From assembly GCA_000004985.1 (NCBI GenBank), contig GG738890.1: 64,000 nt of DNA. One strand, 5' to 3'. Both the position numbers and the translations under genes were made by a program. Under the pieces are notes generated by a model. The model searched no databases. It saw only the letters and a program-made list of their open reading frames with translations, and was not told where the DNA came from. Below, piece by piece: positions 51,929 through 63,540 of this stretch; the stretch's first letter is position 1; the number at the start of each line of letters is the position of its first letter. This DNA comes from Naegleria gruberi. Its lineage: Eukaryota.

Positions 51929-54900
51929 ATGAAAGTAAAGATCTCATTTCTCTTGCTCAATATTTTATTCCTTCTCTTCCTGTCAATATTTCTTGACACT
52001 TCATTGAGTGCTGACACCTTAACTTTTGTTTCGAAAGGAAATGCGCCTCAAACAGGTTCTTCTTTATATTTCCATAAAGCTAGTAACAAGTTGTATGCGT
52101 TTGGAGGTACCACTGATAGTAACAATGTTGTAAATACTATTAAATCTGTCAGTGTCACGTCAACTGTGTTACAGAGCTTGTCAAATCTTAATTCTAACTT
52201 CTCAACGACTAGTTTGTCCATTAGTACTTCTTTATCATCTGTAGGATCAGTATCAACAGCGTTTTCTTATGGAGCTTTTCATATTTTGACAATTGACAAT
52301 CAAGAATATGCATATATATTTGGAGGATCAAATAATCGTATTCAAAGAGCAAATACTTCCTCATTAACATCATTTACAACACTTTATAGTACATTACCTG
52401 AAGCCTATTTTGGAGGAGCTACCTTTAGAACAGAAAGTTTCGTCTATTTGATTAGTGGAAGTGGAACGAAGGCAATGTATAGAGCTAGTGTCAGTAATCC
52501 AACAAATTGGACAAATATTGGTAATTTTCCAGTTACTATTGTGATGCCAGGAGTTTTTACTTACAAAAGAAAAGTTTATTTGGTTGGAGGTTCTTCTTCC
52601 TATTTAGGAGGAACTAATTATAATACTATTTACTTTGCAACTTTTGATGCTCTTGACAAGATGACAAGCAGTTCGAGTGGAGTTTGGTCCCTATCCACTT
52701 CCAAGTTACCAGTAGCAGCAGGTAGCTCAACATTCTTCATGACTGATACATATGCTTACATGACATCTGGCACTCTTGGTACAAAACTTTACCGAGCTCC
52801 TCTTTCTTCATTAACAACCTGGACAGATAGTACACTGACCACCCCTTACTCAGCCTCTCTCGTCACTTCCTTCACAAGTGGTAATACTCTTCTCTACTAT
52901 GCTGGTTTGAAATATTCGACAATTTTATTTTGGACTTCAATTTCATCACTTGATAATTTTTACACTTCACAAGTTGAAGAGTTTAAGGGATGTTTTAGTG
53001 TGCCAGTTTCGGATTTGACTGTTTGTAATGGAAGAGGAGGCTGCGTTGCAAGGGATGTATGTCAATGTAGTGATGGGTTTTATGGAGATGCTTGTCAGTT
53101 TGAAAGAGTTTGTTATGGAGTGACAGCTGGCAGTTCGAATGTTTGTTCTGGAAATGGAGTTTGTATGGCTGATAATACGTGTGTTTGCAATAGTGAAAGT
53201 ACTGGTTCTACATGCTCTGATTTTACTTGTTTTGGTATTTCTCCAACTGATTCGAATATTTGCTCTGGAAATGGAAATTGTCTTTCACATGACAAGTGCC
53301 AATGTAAAACTGGATATTCTGGACAAAATTGTGATTCTTTCACTTGTTATGGACTCCCACCAAGTGATCCAAAGGTTTGCTCTTCCTTAGGTCCATGCAT
53401 TGGTTACAACAATTGTTCATGTCCAAATTCTCTGGCCGAAGATTGTTCTGCATTTGGATGTAATGGAATAAGCGCCAATAATCCGAGTGTTTGCTCTGGA
53501 AATGGGATTTGCACTTCTTTGGATGTTTGTGTTTGTAATGAGACAGTTAGTGGTCAATTTTGTAATGTGTTTTCATGTTTTAATGTTTCGAATGATGATT
53601 CGAATGTTTGTTCGGGAAAGGGAAGTTGTTTGAAATCAGATATGTGCTCTTGTCAGAATGGATACAGTGGTAGCCAGTGTGAATTATTTTCATGTGGTGG
53701 AATTAGTCGTTTGGACAGTTTAGTTTGTTCTGGAAATGGAAGTTGCATTTCTCCTGATTTGTGTAAATGTAATGAGGGATGGAGTGGTGATAATTGTGAA
53801 TTTCCATCATGTTTTGGATATTTATCAACTGATGGATTAGCTTGTAGTGGTTATGGAACTTGTGTTTCGAATAATAGCTGTCTCTGTGCGCAAGGATTTC
53901 GTGGTCAATCATGTGAAATTTACACTTGTAATGGCAAATCAAATCAAGAAATTCAATGCTCTGGAAATGGTCAATGTTCTCCTCAAACTCTCACTTGTAA
54001 TTGTAGAGAGAATTACTTTGGACAAGATTGCGAATATTTCACTTGTTTTGGTGTGCTAAATAATCAAACAAATGTTTGCTCTGGACATGGCATTTGTTTG
54101 GGTATTAATAATTGCTCTTGTGAGAGTGGTTATTTTGGATTTTCATGTGAATTGCATTCATGTGATGGTATTCCACAATTGTCTGACATTTACAAGAATA
54201 TGACAAATAGTCCTTTCTCAAATTGGGAAAACCAAATTCCTTGTAATGGTAGAGGAGCATGTACTGCACTCGATACTTGCCAATGTGATTCTGGTTATTT
54301 GGGAAAATATTGTTCAGATTTCAAATGTTTTGACAAGCTCGTTAATGACACAAATGTTTGTTCAGGGAATGGAACATGTACATCTCCAAATAAGTGTCAA
54401 TGCAAAGAAGGATTCTATGGAAATGAATGTGAAAGTTTTGATTGTTTTGGAATTGAAAAATCATTCAAAACTGTTTGTTCTTCAGCTGGCATTTGTATTT
54501 CTCCTGAAAATTGTTTTTGTAAGGCAGGATTTTATGGAGCTGATTGTTCCAAGTATGAATGTTATGGTCTATTATTTAATAATTCGAATGTTTGTTCAGG
54601 AAATGGCAAGTGTTTGGAGCCAGAAAGTTGTCAATGCAAGGAAGGATTCTTGGGTAATAATTGTGAACTTTATTATTGTTATGGAAAGGTCAATAACGAA
54701 ACGAGTGTTTGTGGAGGAAATGGAAAATGTTCTTCATTGAATACATGTGAATGTAGGGATGGATATATTGGGGATGAGTGCTCTGTTTACAAGTGTTTCG
54801 AAACATTTAGTAACGATTCCACAGTATGCTCCTCTTTTGGTAAATGTTCTGGAATTGATACATGTATTTGCAATGCAGAACATTTTGGAGAAAAGTGTGA

Positions 54901-57900
54901 ATTAACTTGGTGTCATGGAAAGGCTTCAAATGATAGCTCAGTATGTAACGGTAAAGGAATTTGTAACAGCTTTGACACATGCATTTGTGATCAAGATTAT
55001 TTTGGTGAAACTTGTCAAGATTTCAAATGTGGAACCCTGTTAAAGAATGATTCTATGGTTTGTTCTGGAAGTGGATCATGTTCAAGCCCAAATAATTGCA
55101 CATGTTTGGATGGTTATTTTGGAACTCATTGTGAATTATTTGAATGTCAAGGAAAGCTCCTCAATGATTCTAATGTTTGCTCTGGAAATGGAACATGTCA
55201 ATCTCCAAATAAGTGTCAATGCAAAGAAGGATTCCATGGGAATGAATGTGAAAGTTTTGATTGTTTTGGAATTGAAAAATCATTCAAAACTGTTTGTTCT
55301 TCAGCTGGCTCGTGTATTTCTCCTGAACATTGCGTTTGTAGGGCAGGATTTTATGGAGCTGATTGTTCCAAGTATGAATGTTATGGTCTATTATTCAATA
55401 ATTCGAATGTTTGTTCAGGAAATGGCAAGTGCTTGGAGCCAGAAAGTTGTCAATGCAAAGAAGGATACTACGGAAATGTATGTGACAGTTTTGATTGTTT
55501 TGGAATTGAAAAATCATCAGAAACTGTTTGCAACTCAGTTGGATCTTGCATTTCTCCTAACTTGTGCAAATGCAAGGATGATTTCTATGGAGCTACCTGT
55601 GAAAAGTTTAAATGCTTTGGTGTTAATATGACCGATGAAAAAGCATGTAATCAGAAAGGTACATGTATTGGAAAAGACTTGTGCACTTGTGAGAATGGAT
55701 ATTTCGGTAGTAACTGTTCCCAATTTGGTTGTTTTGGAATTGTTAGTAGCAATGCTAGTGTTTGTTCGAATGGAAATGGCAAATGCATTGGTAGAGATGA
55801 GTGTGAATGTTTAACAACCAAAAATGGTTATTACACTGGAAATGAATGTCAATACTTTGTGTCTAACATTACACAAGTTGCATTTGTAATAGATATTGAT
55901 GAAAATAGAAAGGAAATATTATCAGAACCTGGTGAAGATAGATTTGTGAACTTAAAAGTAACAATGAGCTCGTTGTCAAATGTTACCTTCTTGGTATGGT
56001 GTAATAATTGTACAAATTTTACAAATACTGGAATGGATAATGCTCTTGTTTTTTATACACCCCAAATGGTTATTGATGTTTCTAATTTAGCTGTAGGAGG
56101 TACATTTGAATTTTCAGTCATTAGTCAGAACATGGCAGAGAAAACCGAATTCTCCAATATTAGAAAGTTTATCTTGGCAATAGTGGTTCGCCCTATTGAA
56201 CCTTATAAACCTACTGACGTACGAATTGAAAGTTTAGAGGTATCCAACTTTCCAAAGGCAATTATCTACTCATCCTCTCTCAAGTTTGATTTCATTCTTT
56301 CCAAATTGACTTTGAACAATTTAGAAGGCAGCAAATTGTTAATGAGTGATTGTATTTCACTCACTGACGAATCTTGTCAATTAAGATATAATTATAATGT
56401 ATCTGTTTTTGATACATTTAAAAAAGAAGAAATTATCTATGGTTTGAAGGTTAAAGGACATGTATTCTGCCCCGTAGCCAATTATACTAATACTCTAAAG
56501 CTTTCACCTGCTATTAATGTTCAGTTCGCTCTTCCAACAAGTAACTTTTCCGCTTCTTCCCTCAAAATAGTTTTTAGTTTTGAAATTGGAAGTGAAAATT
56601 ATTCAATCCAAACATATTCCCAATCAGAATTAGTTTCTGTGAGTGCTGAAGGTATAAAACCTCCAAATAATTATCAAGTACAAGTTTCTCCTCAAACATC
56701 AGTAGCCATAGTAGAGAATGTCACAATAGCTTCACCTGTTTGGAATTGTGACAATGAAAATTTCAATCCTATTCGCTACGCATTTGGTTTTTACAATCCT
56801 ACTGTCGATAGTAAGAAAGCATGGATAAAGTTGACAGAATATTCCACAAATCCAACAGCTAGTTTCCCACTTCCTTATCTATCCAAGCAATTAAGCACTT
56901 CCATGCAAGTAGAAGTTGTAATATTTGTGATGGACTCTCAAGGGAATAGTCAATATCTGAAAATAGGGCAAGCAAAAGTTTCTCCATTTCAAGGAATTTT
57001 GCCTTCCTCCATGAGTGATCTAGAGAGAAGTGTTCTAGCCTACGATCAATTTACTCTATCCCATATGGCTGACAGTTCTGTGGTTGTGGATATCGTTAAG
57101 AGTATTTCTGTAAATCCTGCAGATCCTGGATCTTCATTGAAAGTTCTGGACTCGCTGACTTCTGACAGTAGCTTGTTGAGTAATCCAGATATTGCAAGTC
57201 AAGTGGCTGATACAGTTACCTCCTTCTTGTCAAGTGCCCTTGAACTTTATCAAAACGAGCTTAAAACAAATGGTTTTGTCTCGTCTAAAATGTCAGAAGA
57301 AGCCAAATCATCAGCTGTTTCAGTAATTTCCAATTTGTTTACATCTGTTGACACAAATTCAACAACATCTGCAAGTAATGATATTGCCAAAAAGACAGAA
57401 CAAATGATTCTCTCCTTCTCCAAGTTAGTTCTAGCCTCAGAAGTTCCAAAAGTGTTAGAAACAAGTGACTCTGGATCTCTCGCATTACCAGTGTTACAGT
57501 ACAATACTCCATCCATGAATGTTACATTCTCCTCATTCATGCTTAGTGGTGGTGCTTCAAAGAGGTCTTCTAACAATCAAGGTACTTATCAATTAACAAG
57601 TGGAGAATCAAATATTCAAATAGACTTGAATGAAATAGTTGGAAAATACGGAGGCTATTCGAAACCACTTGGATTGTCCCTTGTCACTTTTGAAAAGAAT
57701 ACCAAGGTTGATAACTTTTCCCTTTCCAATCCAATGTCCTCTATAATCAACGAGTTGAAATATTACCAAAACTCTGAAATTGTGAAGTTGAATGATTTAG
57801 ATAGTCCAATATCTTTGCAATTTGGAATTAACTCTGCTTCTCTTTTACTCCTTTCTAAAGGGGCAAGCATTACCTCTCAGGAAAGTTTCAATCAAACTCA

Positions 57901-59833
57901 AAATGTAACAATAATACAGGAACCCTATGTTAGTTGCATGTATTGGGATGAAATTGAGAATGGATGGAGAGATTACGGGTGTACACTTCTTTCCTTTGAT
58001 AATGTAACTGGAAAGGCAGAATGTGCCTGTACTCACACCACTAAATTCTCAACCTTTGTGCAATACAAGAAGAGAAATGTTACCTCCACTTTAACACCTG
58101 CTCAAGTTGTTGCTGCTCTCAGTGAAACAACATTTGAAATTATCCTGAATAGCTTTGAAATAGTTGCAGGAGTAGTCTTTGGTTTTTTCTCATTCATTTT
58201 GTTGGTGCTCTTGATAGTGTACAGAAAGCGCCAGCCAATTCAGAGCAGAATGTTGACACCGTATATTGGTATGGTAGCATTACTTGTTGAGAATGTTTTA
58301 ATTTCCATACTACAGAAAGGTCTCCTTCTCCAAGATACGAGTAATCCATCGAATAGCAGTGATAGTTTAATCTTGGGAGCCAATTTGACAGGAAATATTT
58401 GCATGATTATTGTAAATACCTTGAATATTACTGCCATCTTTGCCTATTTAGTTCAAGTTATTCGATTCCAATTCATGAAGTCACTCTATGAAAAGATTAA
58501 GAGAACAAGAACAGAACCATCAAGGAAAATAATCCAATTTTTGAAATTCATTACTTCCAAACTTGTATTCTCAGTTTCGGTGTTCATTTGTGCGTGTGTC
58601 AACTTGTTGTTATGGACAGTGTGGGTAGCTATATTGAGATCTAACACTATTGATTCATCCACTTATACTAAAGGAAGTGCAATTTGTTATGCCATACTAT
58701 TAATTGGATGTAGCATCTTGATTTCCATTACAATTATTGTTGATATTTTCACAACTGTTACACGAGATGACGATCAACAAATTACTGAAAGAGCCAGATC
58801 CAAAATCTTCTCACCAGAGGAAATGAAAAACATCAAAGAAGGCATTGAAGAAGTGCAAAGTACCTCAGCAGCCTCTCCAATAAGTATTACTGATACACCA
58901 TCCTATTCATCCTTTGAATTGAGAAAATTATTTAGAAAATTCCTCCACCGAGATGAACCACTGTACTTTAGAATGGAAATGCTCTTCTTCTTGACATGCT
59001 TTGTTTTCTGTATCATTCAATTAGTAACTGGCTTGATTATTGATCAAATCAAATCATCTGAATCAACAGTAACTCCAACAATACGTGCCCTCTCAGTCAT
59101 TCAATTCATATTTGAAGTACTCTACTCTGCAACCTACTTGCTTGTATTTGGTGGTTTCTCTCTACTTGTTCTCATTAAACAAAAGAAGGCAACAAAAAAG
59201 CCAATCAATGAAGCTGATTCACTATTTGACGATTCAGAAGTGATGGAATTATTCCAAGATGTACAAGGATTTGAAATCTTTGAAGAGTTTGCTCAAAAGG
59301 AATTCTCTGTTGAAAACCTCTATCTCTATGCTGAATTGTTATCCAACAAACAAGTGATTGCTGGTAATGCTCTCCGAAAACTACCAAACTTTTTGGAAGT
59401 ACTCTCTGATAAGTTTATCCAAAATGGATCCACCTATGAAGTGAATATTCCCTCCTCTACAAAGACTGAATTCAACCAATTGAGAAAATCCCTAAAGGAG
59501 GTGTTAATCATGATGAATACTCAAAGTGGAGGGCAACAACAAGCCCATGTTGTGGATATTATTCTTGAGGATGGAGATGAGCAAGATGACAATAATCGTG
59601 TTGAAGATAATGTAATTGGCAAGAATCTAGATGAGGAAAATTCTCTGAAGGCAAAAGTGTTAAGCTTCTTTGATGCTCTCTCACGACAAGTTGCCATTAA
59701 TTTGAGCGATACATTCAGTCGTTTTGCCAATACCAAGAGTTACAAATCCTACAGGAAGAACCGAGATTTCATTCAAAATATGGTCAAAAAGGCCAATGTT
59801 GAAGCCTTCCATACAAGTCCCAATGTTGTCTAG
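51929..59833 (+). CDS. Giant adhesion-GPCR-like receptor: signal peptide, N-terminal beta-propeller-like region, about 30 tenascin-type EGF-like repeats, GPS motif, 7TM, C-terminal RGS domain
   Basis: Repeated CxGxGxCxxxxxCxCxxGxxGxxC units across about 52980..55860. GPS-like CMYWDEIENGWRDYGCTLLSFDNVTGKAECACTHTTKFSTF. Seven hydrophobic helices at 58140..59180. C-terminal RGS consensus FEEFAQKEFSVENLYLYAELL...YEVNIP. Confidence 0.8.
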   Translation: MKVKISFLLLNILFLLFLSIFLDTSLSADTLTFVSKGNAPQTGSSLYFHKASNKLYAFGGTTDSNNVVNTIKSVSVTSTVLQSLSNLNSNFSTTSLSISTSLSSVGSVSTAFSYGAFHILTIDNQEYAYIFGGSNNRIQRANTSSLTSFTTLYSTLPEAYFGGATFRTESFVYLISGSGTKAMYRASVSNPTNWTNIGNFPVTIVMPGVFTYKRKVYLVGGSSSYLGGTNYNTIYFATFDALDKMTSSSSGVWSLSTSKLPVAAGSSTFFMTDTYAYMTSGTLGTKLYRAPLSSLTTWTDSTLTTPYSASLVTSFTSGNTLLYYAGLKYSTILFWTSISSLDNFYTSQVEEFKGCFSVPVSDLTVCNGRGGCVARDVCQCSDGFYGDACQFERVCYGVTAGSSNVCSGNGVCMADNTCVCNSESTGSTCSDFTCFGISPTDSNICSGNGNCLSHDKCQCKTGYSGQNCDSFTCYGLPPSDPKVCSSLGPCIGYNNCSCPNSLAEDCSAFGCNGISANNPSVCSGNGICTSLDVCVCNETVSGQFCNVFSCFNVSNDDSNVCSGKGSCLKSDMCSCQNGYSGSQCELFSCGGISRLDSLVCSGNGSCISPDLCKCNEGWSGDNCEFPSCFGYLSTDGLACSGYGTCVSNNSCLCAQGFRGQSCEIYTCNGKSNQEIQCSGNGQCSPQTLTCNCRENYFGQDCEYFTCFGVLNNQTNVCSGHGICLGINNCSCESGYFGFSCELHSCDGIPQLSDIYKNMTNSPFSNWENQIPCNGRGACTALDTCQCDSGYLGKYCSDFKCFDKLVNDTNVCSGNGTCTSPNKCQCKEGFYGNECESFDCFGIEKSFKTVCSSAGICISPENCFCKAGFYGADCSKYECYGLLFNNSNVCSGNGKCLEPESCQCKEGFLGNNCELYYCYGKVNNETSVCGGNGKCSSLNTCECRDGYIGDECSVYKCFETFSNDSTVCSSFGKCSGIDTCICNAEHFGEKCELTWCHGKASNDSSVCNGKGICNSFDTCICDQDYFGETCQDFKCGTLLKNDSMVCSGSGSCSSPNNCTCLDGYFGTHCELFECQGKLLNDSNVCSGNGTCQSPNKCQCKEGFHGNECESFDCFGIEKSFKTVCSSAGSCISPEHCVCRAGFYGADCSKYECYGLLFNNSNVCSGNGKCLEPESCQCKEGYYGNVCDSFDCFGIEKSSETVCNSVGSCISPNLCKCKDDFYGATCEKFKCFGVNMTDEKACNQKGTCIGKDLCTCENGYFGSNCSQFGCFGIVSSNASVCSNGNGKCIGRDECECLTTKNGYYTGNECQYFVSNITQVAFVIDIDENRKEILSEPGEDRFVNLKVTMSSLSNVTFLVWCNNCTNFTNTGMDNALVFYTPQMVIDVSNLAVGGTFEFSVISQNMAEKTEFSNIRKFILAIVVRPIEPYKPTDVRIESLEVSNFPKAIIYSSSLKFDFILSKLTLNNLEGSKLLMSDCISLTDESCQLRYNYNVSVFDTFKKEEIIYGLKVKGHVFCPVANYTNTLKLSPAINVQFALPTSNFSASSLKIVFSFEIGSENYSIQTYSQSELVSVSAEGIKPPNNYQVQVSPQTSVAIVENVTIASPVWNCDNENFNPIRYAFGFYNPTVDSKKAWIKLTEYSTNPTASFPLPYLSKQLSTSMQVEVVIFVMDSQGNSQYLKIGQAKVSPFQGILPSSMSDLERSVLAYDQFTLSHMADSSVVVDIVKSISVNPADPGSSLKVLDSLTSDSSLLSNPDIASQVADTVTSFLSSALELYQNELKTNGFVSSKMSEEAKSSAVSVISNLFTSVDTNSTTSASNDIAKKTEQMILSFSKLVLASEVPKVLETSDSGSLALPVLQYNTPSMNVTFSSFMLSGGASKRSSNNQGTYQLTSGESNIQIDLNEIVGKYGGYSKPLGLSLVTFEKNTKVDNFSLSNPMSSIINELKYYQNSEIVKLNDLDSPISLQFGINSASLLLLSKGASITSQESFNQTQNVTIIQEPYVSCMYWDEIENGWRDYGCTLLSFDNVTGKAECACTHTTKFSTFVQYKKRNVTSTLTPAQVVAALSETTFEIILNSFEIVAGVVFGFFSFILLVLLIVYRKRQPIQSRMLTPYIGMVALLVENVLISILQKGLLLQDTSNPSNSSDSLILGANLTGNICMIIVNTLNITAIFAYLVQVIRFQFMKSLYEKIKRTRTEPSRKIIQFLKFITSKLVFSVSVFICACVNLLLWTVWVAILRSNTIDSSTYTKGSAICYAILLIGCSILISITIIVDIFTTVTRDDDQQITERARSKIFSPEEMKNIKEGIEEVQSTSAASPISITDTPSYSSFELRKLFRKFLHRDEPLYFRMEMLFFLTCFVFCIIQLVTGLIIDQIKSSESTVTPTIRALSVIQFIFEVLYSATYLLVFGGFSLLVLIKQKKATKKPINEADSLFDDSEVMELFQDVQGFEIFEEFAQKEFSVENLYLYAELLSNKQVIAGNALRKLPNFLEVLSDKFIQNGSTYEVNIPSSTKTEFNQLRKSLKEVLIMMNTQSGGQQQAHVVDIILEDGDEQDDNNRVEDNVIGKNLDEENSLKAKVLSFFDALSRQVAINLSDTFSRFANTKSYKSYRKNRDFIQNMVKKANVEAFHTSPNVV

Positions 59834-59882
59834 GTTATTGAAGATGATAGGATAGTTTGAACTTTATCGTGTAACGATGATA

Positions 59883-62830
59883 NNNNNNNNNNNNNNNNNN
59901 NNNNNNNNNNNNNNNNNNNNNNNNNNNNNNNNNNNNNNNNNNNNNNNNNNNNNNNNNNNNNNNNNNNNNNNNNNNNNNNNNNNNNNNNNNNNNNNNNNNN
60001 NNNNNNNNNNNNNNNNNNNNNNNNNNNNNNNNNNNNNNNNNNNNNNNNNNNNNNNNNNNNNNNNNNNNNNNNNNNNNNNNNNNNNNNNNNNNNNNNNNNN
60101 NNNNNNNNNNNNNNNNNNNNNNNNNNNNNNNNNNNNNNNNNNNNNNNNNNNNNNNNNNNNNNNNNNNNNNNNNNNNNNNNNNNNNNNNNNNNNNNNNNNN
60201 NNNNNNNNNNNNNNNNNNNNNNNNNNNNNNNNNNNNNNNNNNNNNNNNNNNNNNNNNNNNNNNNNNNNNNNNNNNNNNNNNNNNNNNNNNNNNNNNNNNN
60301 NNNNNNNNNNNNNNNNNNNNNNNNNNNNNNNNNNNNNNNNNNNNNNNNNNNNNNNNNNNNNNNNNNNNNNNNNNNNNNNNNNNNNNNNNNNNNNNNNNNN
60401 NNNNNNNNNNNNNNNNNNNNNNNNNNNNNNNNNNNNNNNNNNNNNNNNNNNNNNNNNNNNNNNNNNNNNNNNNNNNNNNNNNNNNNNNNNNNNNNNNNNN
60501 NNNNNNNNNNNNNNNNNNNNNNNNNNNNNNNNNNNNNNNNNNNNNNNNNNNNNNNNNNNNNNNNNNNNNNNNNNNNNNNNNNNNNNNNNNNNNNNNNNNN
60601 NNNNNNNNNNNNNNNNNNNNNNNNNNNNNNNNNNNNNNNNNNNNNNNNNNNNNNNNNNNNNNNNNNNNNNNNNNNNNNNNNNNNNNNNNNNNNNNNNNNN
60701 NNNNNNNNNNNNNNNNNNNNNNNNNNNNNNNNNNNNNNNNNNNNNNNNNNNNNNNNNNNNNNNNNNNNNNNNNNNNNNNNNNNNNNNNNNNNNNNNNNNN
60801 NNNNNNNNNNNNNNNNNNNNNNNNNNNNNNNNNNNNNNNNNNNNNNNNNNNNNNNNNNNNNNNNNNNNNNNNNNNNNNNNNNNNNNNNNNNNNNNNNNNN
60901 NNNNNNNNNNNNNNNNNNNNNNNNNNNNNNNNNNNNNNNNNNNNNNNNNNNNNNNNNNNNNNNNNNNNNNNNNNNNNNNNNNNNNNNNNNNNNNNNNNNN
61001 NNNNNNNNNNNNNNNNNNNNNNNNNNNNNNNNNNNNNNNNNNNNNNNNNNNNNNNNNNNNNNNNNNNNNNNNNNNNNNNNNNNNNNNNNNNNNNNNNNNN
61101 NNNNNNNNNNNNNNNNNNNNNNNNNNNNNNNNNNNNNNNNNNNNNNNNNNNNNNNNNNNNNNNNNNNNNNNNNNNNNNNNNNNNNNNNNNNNNNNNNNNN
61201 NNNNNNNNNNNNNNNNNNNNNNNNNNNNNNNNNNNNNNNNNNNNNNNNNNNNNNNNNNNNNNNNNNNNNNNNNNNNNNNNNNNNNNNNNNNNNNNNNNNN
61301 NNNNNNNNNNNNNNNNNNNNNNNNNNNNNNNNNNNNNNNNNNNNNNNNNNNNNNNNNNNNNNNNNNNNNNNNNNNNNNNNNNNNNNNNNNNNNNNNNNNN
61401 NNNNNNNNNNNNNNNNNNNNNNNNNNNNNNNNNNNNNNNNNNNNNNNNNNNNNNNNNNNNNNNNNNNNNNNNNNNNNNNNNNNNNNNNNNNNNNNNNNNN
61501 NNNNNNNNNNNNNNNNNNNNNNNNNNNNNNNNNNNNNNNNNNNNNNNNNNNNNNNNNNNNNNNNNNNNNNNNNNNNNNNNNNNNNNNNNNNNNNNNNNNN
61601 NNNNNNNNNNNNNNNNNNNNNNNNNNNNNNNNNNNNNNNNNNNNNNNNNNNNNNNNNNNNNNNNNNNNNNNNNNNNNNNNNNNNNNNNNNNNNNNNNNNN
61701 NNNNNNNNNNNNNNNNNNNNNNNNNNNNNNNNNNNNNNNNNNNNNNNNNNNNNNNNNNNNNNNNNNNNNNNNNNNNNNNNNNNNNNNNNNNNNNNNNNNN
61801 NNNNNNNNNNNNNNNNNNNNNNNNNNNNNNNNNNNNNNNNNNNNNNNNNNNNNNNNNNNNNNNNNNNNNNNNNNNNNNNNNNNNNNNNNNNNNNNNNNNN
61901 NNNNNNNNNNNNNNNNNNNNNNNNNNNNNNNNNNNNNNNNNNNNNNNNNNNNNNNNNNNNNNNNNNNNNNNNNNNNNNNNNNNNNNNNNNNNNNNNNNNN
62001 NNNNNNNNNNNNNNNNNNNNNNNNNNNNNNNNNNNNNNNNNNNNNNNNNNNNNNNNNNNNNNNNNNNNNNNNNNNNNNNNNNNNNNNNNNNNNNNNNNNN
62101 NNNNNNNNNNNNNNNNNNNNNNNNNNNNNNNNNNNNNNNNNNNNNNNNNNNNNNNNNNNNNNNNNNNNNNNNNNNNNNNNNNNNNNNNNNNNNNNNNNNN
62201 NNNNNNNNNNNNNNNNNNNNNNNNNNNNNNNNNNNNNNNNNNNNNNNNNNNNNNNNNNNNNNNNNNNNNNNNNNNNNNNNNNNNNNNNNNNNNNNNNNNN
62301 NNNNNNNNNNNNNNNNNNNNNNNNNNNNNNNNNNNNNNNNNNNNNNNNNNNNNNNNNNNNNNNNNNNNNNNNNNNNNNNNNNNNNNNNNNNNNNNNNNNN
62401 NNNNNNNNNNNNNNNNNNNNNNNNNNNNNNNNNNNNNNNNNNNNNNNNNNNNNNNNNNNNNNNNNNNNNNNNNNNNNNNNNNNNNNNNNNNNNNNNNNNN
62501 NNNNNNNNNNNNNNNNNNNNNNNNNNNNNNNNNNNNNNNNNNNNNNNNNNNNNNNNNNNNNNNNNNNNNNNNNNNNNNNNNNNNNNNNNNNNNNNNNNNN
62601 NNNNNNNNNNNNNNNNNNNNNNNNNNNNNNNNNNNNNNNNNNNNNNNNNNNNNNNNNNNNNNNNNNNNNNNNNNNNNNNNNNNNNNNNNNNNNNNNNNNN
62701 NNNNNNNNNNNNNNNNNNNNNNNNNNNNNNNNNNNNNNNNNNNNNNNNNNNNNNNNNNNNNNNNNNNNNNNNNNNNNNNNNNNNNNNNNNNNNNNNNNNN
62801 NNNNNNNNNNNNNNNNNNNNNNNNNNNNNN
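59883..62830. other. Assembly gap (run of N, 2948 bp)
   Basis: Contiguous N characters. The ORFs translated across it (the X-runs) are artefacts. Confidence 0.99.
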
Positions 62831-63540
62831 TCGGAGTGGTTTTACATCATGAAACCACCAAACTTTCACATCATCATCTCAACATGATCTATATAGTAGT
62901 AATAATAGTAATTTTTATTGGTGGATTATCATCATGAAATTGGAATTTATTTTTCATGATGGAAAATCATAAGTTGGTGTTCCATCATCGGATCATTCAC
63001 CAACATCATCATTATTGTTTTCCATTAATAATAATGTATAATTTCGAGTCTTGTAGCATAATTTGTGAAAATAATGGATATCTATTATTGGATTGTGATT
63101 ATAAATTTGGAATTTAATTTTGACTTTCACAAATTCAAGTTGGTAAGCCATCATCGGAGCAACTACCAACCATCATCATTGTTATTTATCATCATTATAA
63201 TAGTAATATTTGTGGAAATAAATCTGATAATAGTAATATTTTAATGAAATTCAATGTTTTCACTAAAATCATCATCACTGCCAGATTTATATGATAATTT
63301 GGAAAACTTTCAATCTAGTATTGTTCAGCATGGTCAATTCCATCAGGTAAAATCACTTCCGAACATTTCCCTATTGGTTATCATGATGATAGGTACATGT
63401 ATATTTTCAACATGTGCCTGGACCATATCCCAACATGTACTTCAACTTGGAAAATGTCTTTCGGGTTATTCATGGTCACCAATCATGATTCATGCCAAAA
63501 GTACACAGCCAATCATCTTGAAACATTAATAAACATTTAG
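62831..63540. repeat. Subtelomeric (telomere-associated) repeat containing an internally duplicated ~45-bp motif
   Basis: The unit aagttggt..ccatcatcgga.c...accaac..tcatcatt occurs twice (about 62965 and about 63140). It is homologous to 21361..21870 and directly abuts the terminal simple repeat. Confidence 0.6.

Noticed and set aside
59864-62869. Two about 1000-aa ORFs (both strands) made of X residues
   Set aside because: They are translations of the N-run assembly gap, not sequence.
63254-63529. 91-aa ORF inside the subtelomeric repeat
   Set aside because: It lies within a non-coding repeat whose internal copy (21361..21870) does not preserve the frame. It has no recognisable motif, so it is likely fortuitous.
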